A stretch of DNA of 64,000 bases from NCBI GenBank assembly GCA_963851265.1, contig CAWKNZ010000002.1:1664001-1728000 (forward strand). Direction: 5' to 3'. The notes below the pieces were generated by a model that was not told the DNA's origin, did not search any database, and was given only the letters and a program-made list of their open reading frames with translations. Made by a program: the position numbers and the translations under genes. Positions 29,718 through 40,021 of this stretch are shown here, piece after piece; positions within the stretch are counted from its first letter, which is position 1; each line of letters opens with the position of its first letter. The DNA comes from an uncultured Gemmatimonadales bacterium (lineage in GTDB: Bacteria; Gemmatimonadota; Gemmatimonadetes; Gemmatimonadales; Gemmatimonadaceae).

Positions 29718-31667
29718 TCAGAGTGCCTCGACCCACCAGCCGCCGACGTCGAGCGCGCGCGCCGCCCACCCCGGAGCCACGTACAGCGTCGCGTCGGCGA
29801 GGGCGATCGCGGCAGGTCCGTGTACCACGTCGCCGGGCCGGGTGCGCGCGTCGTCTACCGCGCCCCCTGCGGCGCCCCCGTCTCCGAACACGCGACGCGC
29901 GAACACGGGCGACGCGCCCGGCGTGACGGCTGCGTGCCGCAGGCTCACCACCTCGGCCGCGCGCTCGAGCGTGAACCCGGCGCGCCGCGCGTGCGCCGCC
30001 GCGAACCGCGCGGCCAGCGCCGCGCCGTCGTCGCCGTCGTGCACGGGCACGTCGAGCTCCGCGCCCTGCCCCACGTAGCGGACGCGCGCCCACGTGCGGC
30101 GCTCGGCGCCGCCCCCCGCCGCGGCGGCGGCACGCGCGACGAGACCGCCTAACGCGTCGGCCGGCAGTGCGTCGGCGAACCGCGCGACCCCGACGAGCGC
30201 CTCGCGGCGGTCAGGCGCCGCGGCGAGCCCGACCGCGCTCAGCACCCCCGCGTGCGGCGGCACGAGCACGCGCGTCACGCCGAGCCGCTCGGCGAGCGCG
30301 CAGGCGTGCAGCGGCCCGCCGCCACCGAACGCCACGAGGACCAGTCCGCGCGGGTCGACGCCGCGTTCGACGCTCACGCGCCGCAGCGCACGCGCCATCT
30401 CCGCGTCCGCGGCGGCGACGATGCCCTCCGCGACCGCGCGCACCCGCGCGTCGGGCGCGGCGCGTCCGTCGAGCCGTTCTGCGACGCCCGCCACCGCGGC
30501 GTGCGCGCGCGCGGCGTCGATCGCGACGTTGCCGCTCAGGCGCGACGGCGCGAGGCGGCCGAGGACGACGTGCGCGTCGGTGACGGTCGCGTCCGTGCCG
30601 CCGCGTCCGAACGCCGCGGGCCCCGGCACCGCGCCCGCGCTCCGCGGTCCGACGCGCAGCGCGCCGCCGTCGTCCACCCACGCCACGCTCCCGCCGCCGG
30701 CCGACACCGTGTCGACGAGCACGCGCGGCAGCGCGATCGGCACGCCCGCGACCACGCCGCCCGCCTCGACGAGCGGCTCGCCGTCGAGCACGAGGCCGAC
30801 GTCGGCACTCGTCCCGCCGACGTCGAGCGTGAGCGCGTCGCGCACGCCTAACGCCGCGAGCACCGCGGCCGCGCCGGCCACGCCTCCGGCCGGGCCGGAG
30901 AGCGCGAGCGCCGCCGCGCGCTCCGCGGCCTCGTCGGCGCGCAGCACGCCACCGCCCGACGTCATCACGCCCGGCGCCGGGTACCCCGCGCCGCGCAGTC
31001 GCTCGCCGAGCCGGCGGAGGTAGTGCGCCACGCGCGGGCGCGCGTACGCTTCGGCCGCGGTCGTCGCCGCACGCTCGTACTCGCGCGGCTCCGGGTAGAC
31101 GGTCGATGAGCGCACGACGGGCACCCCGGACGGCAACGCCGCCTCGAGCGCGGCCGCGAGCGCGCGCTCGTGCGCGTCGTGCGCGTACGCGTGCAGCAGC
31201 ACGACCGCGACCGCCTCGGGCGAGCGCCCGCGCACAGCCTCGACGGTCGCGGCGACCGCGGCGGCGTCGAGCGCGCGGACGACCCCGTCCGGGCCCATCC
31301 GCTCCGCCACGCCCACCGCGTCGTCCGCGGCGACCAGCGGCGGCGGGTGGTGGGCGGTGAGGTCGTACAGGCGGGCGCGGTCCTGGCGCCGCAGGCGCAG
31401 CACGTCGGTGTGCCCCGCGGTCGCGCACAGCACCACCCGCGCGCCCGTCCGCTCCAGCAGGAGGTTGGTCACGACCGTGGTGCCGTGCACGACGCGGCCG
31501 ACGCTGGCTGGCGCGAGGCCCGACGCGCCCAACGCATCGAGCACCCCCTCGCTCTGGTCGGCCGGGCGCGTCAGCACCTTCGCGGTCGAGACGCGCCCGT
31601 CGGGCGCGATCGCCGCGAGGTCGGTGAAGGTGCCGCCGACGTCGATCCCGACCGCGACGCCGGTCAC
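29718..31667 (-). CDS. Hydantoinase A/5-oxoprolinase family
   Basis: GIDVGGTFTD, HGTTV.TN, REYER, SGPAGG, DVGGTSADV, AFGGGGPLHA. Confidence 0.93.
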   Translation of the reverse strand: MTGVAVGIDVGGTFTDLAAIAPDGRVSTAKVLTRPADQSEGVLDALGASGLAPASVGRVVHGTTVVTNLLLERTGARVVLCATAGHTDVLRLRRQDRARLYDLTAHHPPPLVAADDAVGVAERMGPDGVVRALDAAAVAATVEAVRGRSPEAVAVVLLHAYAHDAHERALAAALEAALPSGVPVVRSSTVYPEPREYERAATTAAEAYARPRVAHYLRRLGERLRGAGYPAPGVMTSGGGVLRADEAAERAAALALSGPAGGVAGAAAVLAALGVRDALTLDVGGTSADVGLVLDGEPLVEAGGVVAGVPIALPRVLVDTVSAGGGSVAWVDDGGALRVGPRSAGAVPGPAAFGRGGTDATVTDAHVVLGRLAPSRLSGNVAIDAARAHAAVAGVAERLDGRAAPDARVRAVAEGIVAAADAEMARALRRVSVERGVDPRGLVLVAFGGGGPLHACALAERLGVTRVLVPPHAGVLSAVGLAAAPDRREALVGVARFADALPADALGGLVARAAAAAGGGAERRTWARVRYVGQGAELDVPVHDGDDGAALAARFAAAHARRAGFTLERAAEVVSLRHAAVTPGASPVFARRVFGDGGAAGGAVDDARTRPGDVVHGPAAIALADATLYVAPGWAARALDVGGWWVEAL

Positions 31668-32986
31668 GCGCGCCGGCCCGGGACGGCGGCCGTCGCCTGG
31701 CGCGCGGCCCACGCGAGCGCCGCGGCGAGCGCGACGTTGGCGGGCAGGAGCATCGCGAACAGCTCGCCGCTCCGCTGCCCCACGCCGGGGACGAGGACGA
31801 GAATCGCCCCGAGCACGGTCATCGCCGCGAGCGCCCACGCCGCTCCGGCCGCGCGCGCGCCCCACCGAGCCGCCGCCGGGCCGCGCCGCGCGGCGAGCGC
31901 GCCGACGACGAGCGCGAGCACGATGAAGCCGAGCGTGTTGGCGGCGAGCAGGTTCCAGTTACGCCCCATGTAGGGTGCGTGCTTCGTCACGGTGCCCGCC
32001 AGCAGCAAGGCCGTCCCGAAGAAGCCGAGCAAGAGCGTCCAGACGCCGGCTAGCAGCCCGAACACCAGCCGCCCGACGCCGCCGGCCTGCGCGGCCAGCC
32101 ACGCGCCGAGCGCGAAGAGCAGCGCGAGCGCCACCCCCGCGAGCCCGTACGCGACCACGTGCGACGGCGGCCCGGCCGGTTCGGGCGGCCGGGCCGCCGC
32201 GAACACGGTGCGCTCCGACGCGACGAGCGGGACGAGGCGGCCGTCGGCGGCGCGCAGGCGCACGCCGCGCAGGTGCGCCATCATCCGCACCGGGAGAAAG
32301 CTCTCCTCCCACGCGTCGAGCGGCGCGTCCGCGGGGCGGCCCAGCGCGAGCTGGATGCCCGTGTACGTGGCCGGGTCGCCGTCGGTGAGGCGACGGGTGT
32401 GCGAGCGGTACGTGGTCCCGGTCGGCGCCCCGACGAGCGCGGCGCGGAGCGCACCGCCTAACGTGCGGTCGAGCAGGTCGCGCACGCGCGTCGAGCAGTT
32501 GTCGCGGTAGTAGTCGTACCGGTAGTAGCGGTTCTCCTCGCGCGAGTTCCAGTCCACGAAGTCGCGCACCGCCGCGCGCTGCGCGGCGGTCAGCGCGAGT
32601 TCCTGCAGGTACACGCTCCGATTCTCGACGTGCGCGTAGTGCTCGGCGAGCGCCGGCGCGTCGAACCCCTGCATCCAGTAGCGCGTGTCGCCTGTGAGGA
32701 AGCGCCACACGAAATTGGGCTGGTTGAAGTCGAACATGCCCCAGTTGTACGCCACCGCCGACCCGGTCCGCCCGTCGCGCACGACGAGCGCGTTGTGCCC
32801 GAACCGCTCCCACACGTCGTCGCCCGCGCCGATGGTCATGAGCGAGACCGTGAGACTGTCGCCGGGTGTGGCGCCGGGCACAGGCGTTGGGCCGCCCGCG
32901 ACGCCCTGCGCCCGCGCCGGCGTCGCACGCAGCGCGGCAAGCACGACGCCCAGCACGAGCACGAAGCGCGCGAACGCGGCGGACAT
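31664..32986 (-). CDS. DUF4105 (Lnb N-terminal-like) membrane protein
   Basis: FGHNAL, YNWGMFDF, YRYDYYRDNCSTRVRD, FLP, C-terminal TM helices. Confidence 0.85.
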   Translation of the reverse strand: MSAAFARFVLVLGVVLAALRATPARAQGVAGGPTPVPGATPGDSLTVSLMTIGAGDDVWERFGHNALVVRDGRTGSAVAYNWGMFDFNQPNFVWRFLTGDTRYWMQGFDAPALAEHYAHVENRSVYLQELALTAAQRAAVRDFVDWNSREENRYYRYDYYRDNCSTRVRDLLDRTLGGALRAALVGAPTGTTYRSHTRRLTDGDPATYTGIQLALGRPADAPLDAWEESFLPVRMMAHLRGVRLRAADGRLVPLVASERTVFAAARPPEPAGPPSHVVAYGLAGVALALLFALGAWLAAQAGGVGRLVFGLLAGVWTLLLGFFGTALLLAGTVTKHAPYMGRNWNLLAANTLGFIVLALVVGALAARRGPAAARWGARAAGAAWALAAMTVLGAILVLVPGVGQRSGELFAMLLPANVALAAALAWAARQATAAVPGRRA

Positions 32987-32997
32987 GCGGCCCGCTC

Positions 32998-33885
32998 TCA
33001 CAGCCCGCGCCGCCGCTCGAATACGTAGCTCGCGCCCGCGCGCACCGAACCGTAGCGCGCGCCGTTGAACAGGTCGTACCGCGCTTCGGCACTCACTCGG
33101 AACGCGCGCACCGGCGTGAAGTCGAACCCGACCGCACCGGTCGGCCCGAGCGCGACGCCGTCGAGGGCGCGCGCCACGAACGTGCCGTCGAGCGTGGGAT
33201 TCTGGACGTTGATGAAGTGTGTCGCCGCGCCAACCGCGAGCCACGGGCGCAGCACCCCGGCCGGCCCACCGCGCCCGAACACGCGCGGTCGCCAGCGCGT
33301 CTCGACGCTGAGCGCGACGTCCGAGCTGCGCACCTGCCCCACGTGGACCGAATCGCCGGGCGGTCCGTGGGGCGCCTGCGCGCTGATGGCGCGGCCGAGC
33401 GCCTGCGCGAAGCCGTCCACCGCGTCATCGGTGTACCGCGACGTCCAGTACGTCGCGCCGAACACGACGCGGAAGTCGGGGACGATCTCGCCGTAGTCCG
33501 CGTGGAGCGCGTAGAGGGCGGTGCTGCGCACCTGGTCGGGGAACGCCACGCCGCCGTCGAGTCCGATTTCGCGCAGCCGCAACCGGTCGAGGTTGAGCTG
33601 GTGGAAGATCGAGCGCTCGGGCCGGCGCGCGACGTCGGCGAGTTGGCTCGCGACGACGCTGTCGCGCGCGACCGAGTCGGGCAGCGCGCGGTGGAGCGAG
33701 TCGAACCGCGCGGCGGAATCGCGCGCGCTGCGTTGGGCGGTGTCGGCGCGCGCCGTGTCGCGCGTCGCGGGCCGCTGGGCGCGGGCCGCGCGTGGTCCGA
33801 ACGTGCCGCACGCCAGCAGCACGCCCGCGGTCGCCCACGCACCCGTCGGGCGCCGCAGGCCGACGCGCTCACTCCACCGGATCAA
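32998..33885 (-). CDS. Putative outer-membrane beta-barrel protein
   Basis: Signal-like N terminus; alternating beta strands; C-terminal SVRAGASYVF; start uncertain. Confidence 0.65.
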   Translation of the reverse strand: MIRWSERVGLRRPTGAWATAGVLLACGTFGPRAARAQRPATRDTARADTAQRSARDSAARFDSLHRALPDSVARDSVVASQLADVARRPERSIFHQLNLDRLRLREIGLDGGVAFPDQVRSTALYALHADYGEIVPDFRVVFGATYWTSRYTDDAVDGFAQALGRAISAQAPHGPPGDSVHVGQVRSSDVALSVETRWRPRVFGRGGPAGVLRPWLAVGAATHFINVQNPTLDGTFVARALDGVALGPTGAVGFDFTPVRAFRVSAEARYDLFNGARYGSVRAGASYVFERRRGL

Positions 33886-35299
33886 CGGTCGTTCCCGGGT
33901 AGTAGGTCTGGAGGATGTGGCGGAAGTCCTGCCCGGCGCGCGCCCGCCCGATCGCGCCCCACTGGCACATGCCGACGCCGTGCCCGTTGCCACGGCCGCG
34001 GAGCACGAGGCGCAACACGCGCCCGTCGTCGCCGCCGGTGGCCGCGGCGGAAAAATAGGTACTGGGGAGGATGTCGGTCCCCACGCCGGTCTCGCGGCCG
34101 AGGGGGCTGCGCATGGCGAACCGGATCGCGTTGCCGCGCAGGACGAAGCGGCCCGCGTCGGTGGTGACCGTCACCGACGCGGTGCGTCCCGACGGCGTCC
34201 GCTCGCCCGCCCGCCACTCGCGCACCGCGCCCAGCGGACCGCCTAACGTCGTGCCCGCGCGTCCGTCCGCCGGTGCCGCGTAGCGCCGCAGGTACCGCGC
34301 GAGCACCTCGTCGAGCGCGTCGGCGTCCCACGACCGCTCCCAGTGCGCGCGCGGGGCGATGTCGCAGTACGCGCGGTCCTCGCCCGGCACCGAGTCGCTC
34401 ACGCGCCGCAGGTACGGCGCGCGCTCGGCGCCCCACACCTCGGAGGGGTCGGCGGTGTTCCCGCCGCACGCCGAGTAGTACGGGGCCGACACGACCGCGC
34501 CCTCGTAGCGCAGCACGAGCCCCGTGGTCGCGAGCAGCGCACGGTCCGCGTTGGGCTGCTCGACGTTGACGCCGCCGTAGAGCTGGTCCTCGGTGGTCGC
34601 GCGCACGTCGTAGGGCGCGGCCGCGCGCGCGACCGCCGCCGACCGCGGCAGGAACTCCGCGATGCGGCTGTAGAGATAGCTGCGCGCGGTGACCGCCTGC
34701 GCTTCGAGCGCGGCATGGTCGCCGGCGCGCTCGGTAGGCAATTCCAGCGGCAGCACGCCGCGCAGGTACTCCTCGCCGCCAAGGCGGTTCACCACGGTCA
34801 CGGCGCCGCTCGCCGGATGCAGCCAGAGCGCGCCGCGGTAGCGGTGGCCGGCGTAGCGCACGAACCCGTCGTCGGCGTTCTCGGGGCGCGCGACGAGCGG
34901 GCCGTCGACCCAGGGGGTCGCTGCGCCCGACGCGCCGCGCGCACGCACCCGTCCGTCGCGCACCTCCACCGTCCACGCACTTCCGCCGGGTGCGTGCGCG
35001 AGCACCCCGCCGTTCGCGTCCGCGAACACCCAGGGCGCGGTCGCGCTCACCTCGGGCGCACGTACGGCGAATGCGACGGCCACGCGCACGACGCGCCCGC
35101 CCGTCGGGACGGCGACGCCGCCGTCGGAAGTCGTCGTGCTCGCGTTCGGGCGCGACGCGCCGCCGGCCTGCGCGCTCCGCGCCGGGTCGCGCGTCGCAGC
35201 CTCGTGCGCGGGCGCCGGTCCCGCGTGACACGCGAGCAGCGCCGCGCCCGCGAGAGCCGCCGCGCCGGCCCCGACGCGCGCGGTGCGCGCCCGGGTCAA
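33869..35299 (-). CDS. SpoIID/LytB domain lipoprotein (lytic transglycosylase-like)
   Basis: YRG, VN....EEYLRGV...E, ALEAQAVTARSY, DQLYGG, GRGNGHGVGMCQWGA, ILQTYYPG. Confidence 0.92.
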   Translation of the reverse strand: MTRARTARVGAGAAALAGAALLACHAGPAPAHEAATRDPARSAQAGGASRPNASTTTSDGGVAVPTGGRVVRVAVAFAVRAPEVSATAPWVFADANGGVLAHAPGGSAWTVEVRDGRVRARGASGAATPWVDGPLVARPENADDGFVRYAGHRYRGALWLHPASGAVTVVNRLGGEEYLRGVLPLELPTERAGDHAALEAQAVTARSYLYSRIAEFLPRSAAVARAAAPYDVRATTEDQLYGGVNVEQPNADRALLATTGLVLRYEGAVVSAPYYSACGGNTADPSEVWGAERAPYLRRVSDSVPGEDRAYCDIAPRAHWERSWDADALDEVLARYLRRYAAPADGRAGTTLGGPLGAVREWRAGERTPSGRTASVTVTTDAGRFVLRGNAIRFAMRSPLGRETGVGTDILPSTYFSAAATGGDDGRVLRLVLRGRGNGHGVGMCQWGAIGRARAGQDFRHILQTYYPGTTVDPVE

Positions 35300-36705
35300 C
35301 GGCCGTAGCTGCCGATGGTCGTGGCCGCGCCGACTCCGGAGCCGGCCAGGGGCAGCGCGCGCGGCGCGCGCCGCGGCACCACCGGCAGCACGGGTCCGAC
35401 CGCGGTCGCGTGGAAGTCGTAGTCGTCGACCACCTCGTCGACGACGACCTCGACGAAGCTGCCCGGGACCGCGGGGGTGTCGACCCACGTCACGCCGTCC
35501 ACGTCGTCCGCCTGCCACGGCGCGCGGGCCTGCGCCGGCGCGCCGTCGGCCGCGGCGCGGTCGACGAGCACGGTCGCGCGCGTGCCGATGCGCTCCTCGT
35601 ACCGTTCGGCGGTGATGGCGCGCTGCAGCTCGGTCAGCCGCTCCAGCCGGTCGCGCTTGACCACGTCGGGCACGTCGTCGGCGAGGGCGTACGCGCGCGT
35701 GCCCTCCTGCGGCGAGTAGGCGAAGGCGCCGACGCGGTCGAAGCGCGCCTCTTCCAGAAAGTCGCAGAGCGCGAGGAAATCGGACTCGGTCTCGCCGGGG
35801 AATCCGACGATGCACGTGGTCCGGATCGCGACCCCCGCCACCGCGTCGCGAAACCGCGCGAGCTTCTCGCGCATCGTCCGCTGCCGCTCGGGGCGCCGCA
35901 TCCGCGCGAGTACGGCGTCGCTCGCGTGCTGGATCGGCATGTCGAGGTAGCGCAGCACGCGCGGGTTGGCCGCCACGACCTCCAAGAGGCGCGGCGTGAT
36001 CCCGGTCGGGTACAGGTAGAGGTTGCGGTACCATGCGACGTCCGTCTCGGCCAGCAGCGCCTCGAGCAGGTCGGGAAGCCGCGCCCCGTCGGCGCGGTCG
36101 CGCCCGTAATGCGCCAGGTCCTGCGCGACGAGGTTGATCTCGCGCGCGCCCTGCAACTCCAGCAGCTGCGCCTCGCGTACGACGTCGGCCACCGCGAACG
36201 AGCGGTGCCGCCCGCGCATGAGCGGGATCGCGCAGAACGCGCACCCGTGATCGCACCCCTCGCTGATCTTGAGGTAGCGCACGTGCGGCAGGTCGCCGCC
36301 GTAGAGGCGCACGCCCGGGTGCTCGCTCAGCGCGTCGGGTGAGACGAGCCCGCGAGCCGCGAGCTGCGGCACGAGCTGGTCGACGTCGCTCGCGCCGAGG
36401 AACAGGTCGACCTCGGGCAGCGCCTCGGCCAGCTCCTCGCGGTGGCGCTGCACCATGCAGCCCACCGCCACCACCGCCTGACACGCGCCGTCGACCTTGA
36501 GACGCCCGGCGCCGACGAGCGCGTCGATGCTCTCCTGCTTGGCCGCGTCGATGAAGCCGCACGTGTTGACCAGGATCACCTCGGCCTCGCTCGGGTCGCC
36601 CGTCGGCGTGGCGCCGTGCGCGACGAGCTCGGCGAGGTAGCGCTCCGAGTCGACGGTGTTCTTGTCGCAGCCGAGCGTGAGCAGGGCGACCTTGACGCCT
36701 AACAT
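35296..36705 (-). CDS. rimO: Ribosomal protein S12 methylthiotransferase
   Basis: LGCDKNTVDSE, NTCGFIDAAKQES, YLKISEGCDHGCAFCAIP, TRAM-like tail. Confidence 0.95.
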   Translation of the reverse strand: MLGVKVALLTLGCDKNTVDSERYLAELVAHGATPTGDPSEAEVILVNTCGFIDAAKQESIDALVGAGRLKVDGACQAVVAVGCMVQRHREELAEALPEVDLFLGASDVDQLVPQLAARGLVSPDALSEHPGVRLYGGDLPHVRYLKISEGCDHGCAFCAIPLMRGRHRSFAVADVVREAQLLELQGAREINLVAQDLAHYGRDRADGARLPDLLEALLAETDVAWYRNLYLYPTGITPRLLEVVAANPRVLRYLDMPIQHASDAVLARMRRPERQRTMREKLARFRDAVAGVAIRTTCIVGFPGETESDFLALCDFLEEARFDRVGAFAYSPQEGTRAYALADDVPDVVKRDRLERLTELQRAITAERYEERIGTRATVLVDRAAADGAPAQARAPWQADDVDGVTWVDTPAVPGSFVEVVVDEVVDDYDFHATAVGPVLPVVPRRAPRALPLAGSGVGAATTIGSYGR

Positions 36706-36720
36706 TCGCGGGTCCGCGGC

Positions 36721-37221
36721 CTACCGGTAGTTGCCGAACTTCAGCTCGACGCCGAAGTCGCCCTTCCGCAGCAGCTGGATCGCCGCCTGCAGGTCGTCCT
36801 TGTCGGGCGCGGTCACGCGCACCTGCTCGGCCTGGATGCTCGCCTGCACCTTCTTGAGCTTGGCCTCCTTCACCGCGGCCGCCACCTTCTTGGCCGTGTC
36901 GGAGTCGAGCGCGGTCTTGAGCTTGACCTCGCGGCGGACGGTGTCGCCGCCCGCCTGCTCGATCTTGCCGATGTCGAGGTTCTTCACCGGCACGCCGCGC
37001 TTGATGAGCTTGGCCTGCAACACGTCGAACAGCGCGGTCATCTGGAAATCGCTGTCGGCGACGAGCGCGAGCGTGCTCTCCGCGCGCTGGAAGTCGATCG
37101 CGGCCTTCGACCCCTTGAAGTCGTAGCGCTGCGCGATCTCCTTCTGCGCCTGATTGACGGCATTGTCGACTTCCTGCAGGTCGACCCCGGTGGTCACGTC
37201 GAACGAGTACGTCTGGGCCAT
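36721..37221 (-). CDS. yajQ: YajQ family nucleotide/c-di-GMP-binding protein
   Basis: SFDV...VDLQEVDNA, RYDFKG, KVQASIQ.EQVRV, FGNYR. Confidence 0.95.
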   Translation of the reverse strand: MAQTYSFDVTTGVDLQEVDNAVNQAQKEIAQRYDFKGSKAAIDFQRAESTLALVADSDFQMTALFDVLQAKLIKRGVPVKNLDIGKIEQAGGDTVRREVKLKTALDSDTAKKVAAAVKEAKLKKVQASIQAEQVRVTAPDKDDLQAAIQLLRKGDFGVELKFGNYR

Positions 37222-37417
37222 CACGTCGCGGACAGATACGATCGGGCCGCGCGGCATACGCGCACGGCTGCGGCAGCCCACAAGCTAACTCGTTCGGGCG
37301 CGGAGAGTTGGGCGCGCTTTAACATCCGGTCGCGCTGGGGCGTCTACGCTGCACCCCCGAACGACCCCCGGCCGCCGCGCCCCGCGACGCCGCGCCGTTC
37401 GCACGCCCGGACCACAC

Positions 37418-38857
37418 GTGCGTCGCCTCCTCACCCTCGCGGCCGCCGCCGCACTCGCGATCGGCTGCACCGATCGCGCCTCCCCGACGGCGGTCGCACC
37501 CGTCGCGCGCGTGCGTCCCACGGTCGACACCGTCGCTCTGCTTGCTGACGCCAGCAACGCGCTCGAGCTGTGGGTGCACGTCGACGTCACGCGCGCCGAC
37601 TCGGTGCGCGTGCTCTACCGCGTGGGCGCCGGCGGCGAGCAGACCACGCCGATGGTCACCGCCGCGGACACGGCGAACGTTCCGATCCTCGCAGTCCCGC
37701 CTGGCGCCACGGTGCGGGCGCAGGTGGTCGCGATGCGCGCCGGCGTTGCCGACACGTCCGCGCCGGTGACCGCGATCAACACCGCGGCCGTCCCCGACAT
37801 CGTGCGTCGCGTGCGACTCACGACCACGGCAGGCCACGCCAGCCGCGGGTACGTGCTGACCGCGGTCACCCTCGGTGACACGTCCTACGCGGTCGCGTTC
37901 GATTCGACCGGCACCGTGGCGTGGTACCGCGCGTTCCCCGGGCTCGTCGGCGGCAACAACGCATACCAGCAGCCCAACGGCGACATCACCCTGTTTCTCG
38001 GCGGCGCTGCCGGCGCGACGTCTCCGACCGGCTACTTCGCGGAGGTGCAGCCCTCGGGCACGCTCGTCCGGCAGTGGGCGGCGCCGACGGGCTACTCCAC
38101 CGACGTGCACGAACTCCGGCTCGGCGCCGGCGCGGGCGGGTCGTCGTACGTGTTCGGCTTCGACACGGCCACGATGGATCTTTCCGCACGCGGCCGCGCG
38201 ACGAACGCGGCGGTGGCGGGCCATGAGATCTTCCGGCTGAACGCGCAGGGCGTCGCCACGCCGGTGTTCGTCGCGCGTGACCACTTCACCGTCGCCGATT
38301 GGATCGACCCCGAACCCAACGTCCTGGACTTCGACCATCCCAACTCGATCGACGTCGACCGCGACGGCGGCCTGATCGTCTCGTGGCGCAACTTCGACGA
38401 GGTCTCGAAAATCGACCCGGCCACGGGTCAGTTCGTGTGGCGGCTCGGGGGCGCGCACAACCAGTTCACCTTCGTCAACGACCCGCTTGGCGGCTTCGGC
38501 GGGCAGCATTTCGCCCGCATGCTCCCCGATGGCGACTTGCTCCTCTACGACAACGGCACCATTCACGCGCCGCAAGCGACGCGCGCGGCCGAGTATCGGC
38601 TCGACCTCGCCGCGCACACGGCGACGCTCGTGTGGGAATTCCGGCACCAGCCCGCGATCTTCACCCCGCTCGTGGGCTCGGTGCAGCGCCTCGCGAGTGG
38701 GCACACGTTCATCGGGTACGGCTACGTCGGCGTGGCCACCGAGGTCACGCCGACGGGCACGGTCACGTGGGAGGGGCAGCTCACGGTGGACGGTCAGGCG
38801 ACGCTCGCGTACCGTCTGCTCAAGGTCGCCGCGCTCGCGCGATACGCGGCGCCGTAG
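37418..38857 (+). CDS. Aryl-sulfate sulfotransferase (ASST) family lipoprotein
   Basis: Lipobox AIGC; DVHE, DFDHPNSI, S.RN...V.KID, WRLGG, QHFAR, YDNG. Confidence 0.85.
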   Translation: MRRLLTLAAAAALAIGCTDRASPTAVAPVARVRPTVDTVALLADASNALELWVHVDVTRADSVRVLYRVGAGGEQTTPMVTAADTANVPILAVPPGATVRAQVVAMRAGVADTSAPVTAINTAAVPDIVRRVRLTTTAGHASRGYVLTAVTLGDTSYAVAFDSTGTVAWYRAFPGLVGGNNAYQQPNGDITLFLGGAAGATSPTGYFAEVQPSGTLVRQWAAPTGYSTDVHELRLGAGAGGSSYVFGFDTATMDLSARGRATNAAVAGHEIFRLNAQGVATPVFVARDHFTVADWIDPEPNVLDFDHPNSIDVDRDGGLIVSWRNFDEVSKIDPATGQFVWRLGGAHNQFTFVNDPLGGFGGQHFARMLPDGDLLLYDNGTIHAPQATRAAEYRLDLAAHTATLVWEFRHQPAIFTPLVGSVQRLASGHTFIGYGYVGVATEVTPTGTVTWEGQLTVDGQATLAYRLLKVAALARYAAP

Positions 38858-38893
38858 CGCCGCGGCGCGGAACGACGCCGCGGCGGCCCGGCG

Positions 38894-39757
38894 CTAACCG
38901 AGAAAGCTCGCCAGCCCGCGGGCCTGCGACTGGTGGCGCAGCCGCGAGATCGCCTTCTCCTTGATCTGGCGCACGCGCTCGCGCGTGACGCCGAGCAGGA
39001 CGCCGATGTCCTCGAGGGTCATCGGTTCGCCGCCGTCGAGGCCGAAGTAGAGACGGAGGATCTTCGACTCGCGCTCCTTGAGCGTAGCGAGCGACTCGTC
39101 GACGGCCTCCGTGAGCGCGCGCTCGAACATCTGCTCGTCGGGGCCCGCGCTGTCCTCGTCAGCGAGGTAGTCGAGGAGGCGCGTGTCCTCGCCCGGCGCG
39201 AGTGGCGCGTCGAGCGACAGGTGCCCCTGGGAGATCGCGACCGTCTTCGCGACCTCCTCTTCGGACAGTTCCATCCCTTCGGCGATTTCGGCGTGCGTCG
39301 CCTCGCGCCCGAGCTCCTGCTGGAGCGCGTTGGCGCGGCGGCCGATCCGGTGGAGCGCGCCGGCGCGGTTGAGCGGTACGCGCACGATCCGGCTCTGCTC
39401 GGCGAGCGCCTGGAGGATCGCCTGACGGATCCACCACACGGCGTAGGAGATGAACTTGATCCCTTTCGTCTCGTCGAACTTGTGCGCCGCGCGGATCAGC
39501 CCGAGGTTGCCCTCGTTGATGAGGTCCGAGAGCGACACGCCCTGGTGCTGGTACTTCTTCGCGACCGAAACGACGAAGCGCAGATTCGCGCGCACGAGCG
39601 CGTCGAGTGCGCCCTGGTCGCCGTGTCGGATGCGGCGCGCGAGTTCGGCTTCTCGCTCGCGACTGATCAGCGGATAGACGCTGATGTCGCGCAGGTACTG
39701 ATCGAGGGATCCCTCGTCAGACGTGCGCGCTTTACGGGGTACGGTAGAAACGCCCAT
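38894..39757 (-). CDS. RpoD/SigA family sigma70 factor lacking region 1.1
   Basis: SLDQYLRDI, ANLRFVVSVAKKY, DLINEGNLGL, KFISYAVWWIRQAI, TRERVRQIKEKA. Confidence 0.95.
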   Translation of the reverse strand: MGVSTVPRKARTSDEGSLDQYLRDISVYPLISREREAELARRIRHGDQGALDALVRANLRFVVSVAKKYQHQGVSLSDLINEGNLGLIRAAHKFDETKGIKFISYAVWWIRQAILQALAEQSRIVRVPLNRAGALHRIGRRANALQQELGREATHAEIAEGMELSEEEVAKTVAISQGHLSLDAPLAPGEDTRLLDYLADEDSAGPDEQMFERALTEAVDESLATLKERESKILRLYFGLDGGEPMTLEDIGVLLGVTRERVRQIKEKAISRLRHQSQARGLASFLG

Positions 39758-40021
39758 CTGCTCGCTCCTGACTGCCGCGTTGCTCCGCCCGTGACGCGCG
39801 GGGGGGTGCGCGTTCGGGTGTCGTGCGGGGACGACCCGGTGTTCGGCCGTGGCGGCACCGAACGCCGGCACGCCGCCGGGAAGGGGGACGGCGTGTACGG
39901 CTGGACTACGGGTGAGGCGGTACTGCGAGGTGCGGTCGAACTACGTCGTGGTGCAATCGGCTGCGGCCGCCGGCTCGTCCCACTTAGAGAATGCGGAAAA
40001 GCGCGGCGGAACGGCTCAATC

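Noticed and set aside
28127..31667. Hydantoinase/oxoprolinase pair as a novel pathway
   Set aside because: Well-known two-subunit family with no unusual feature visible
38894..39757. Sigma factor as a truncated rpoD pseudogene
   Set aside because: Regions 1.2-4 are intact; short SigA-family proteins lacking region 1.1 are common
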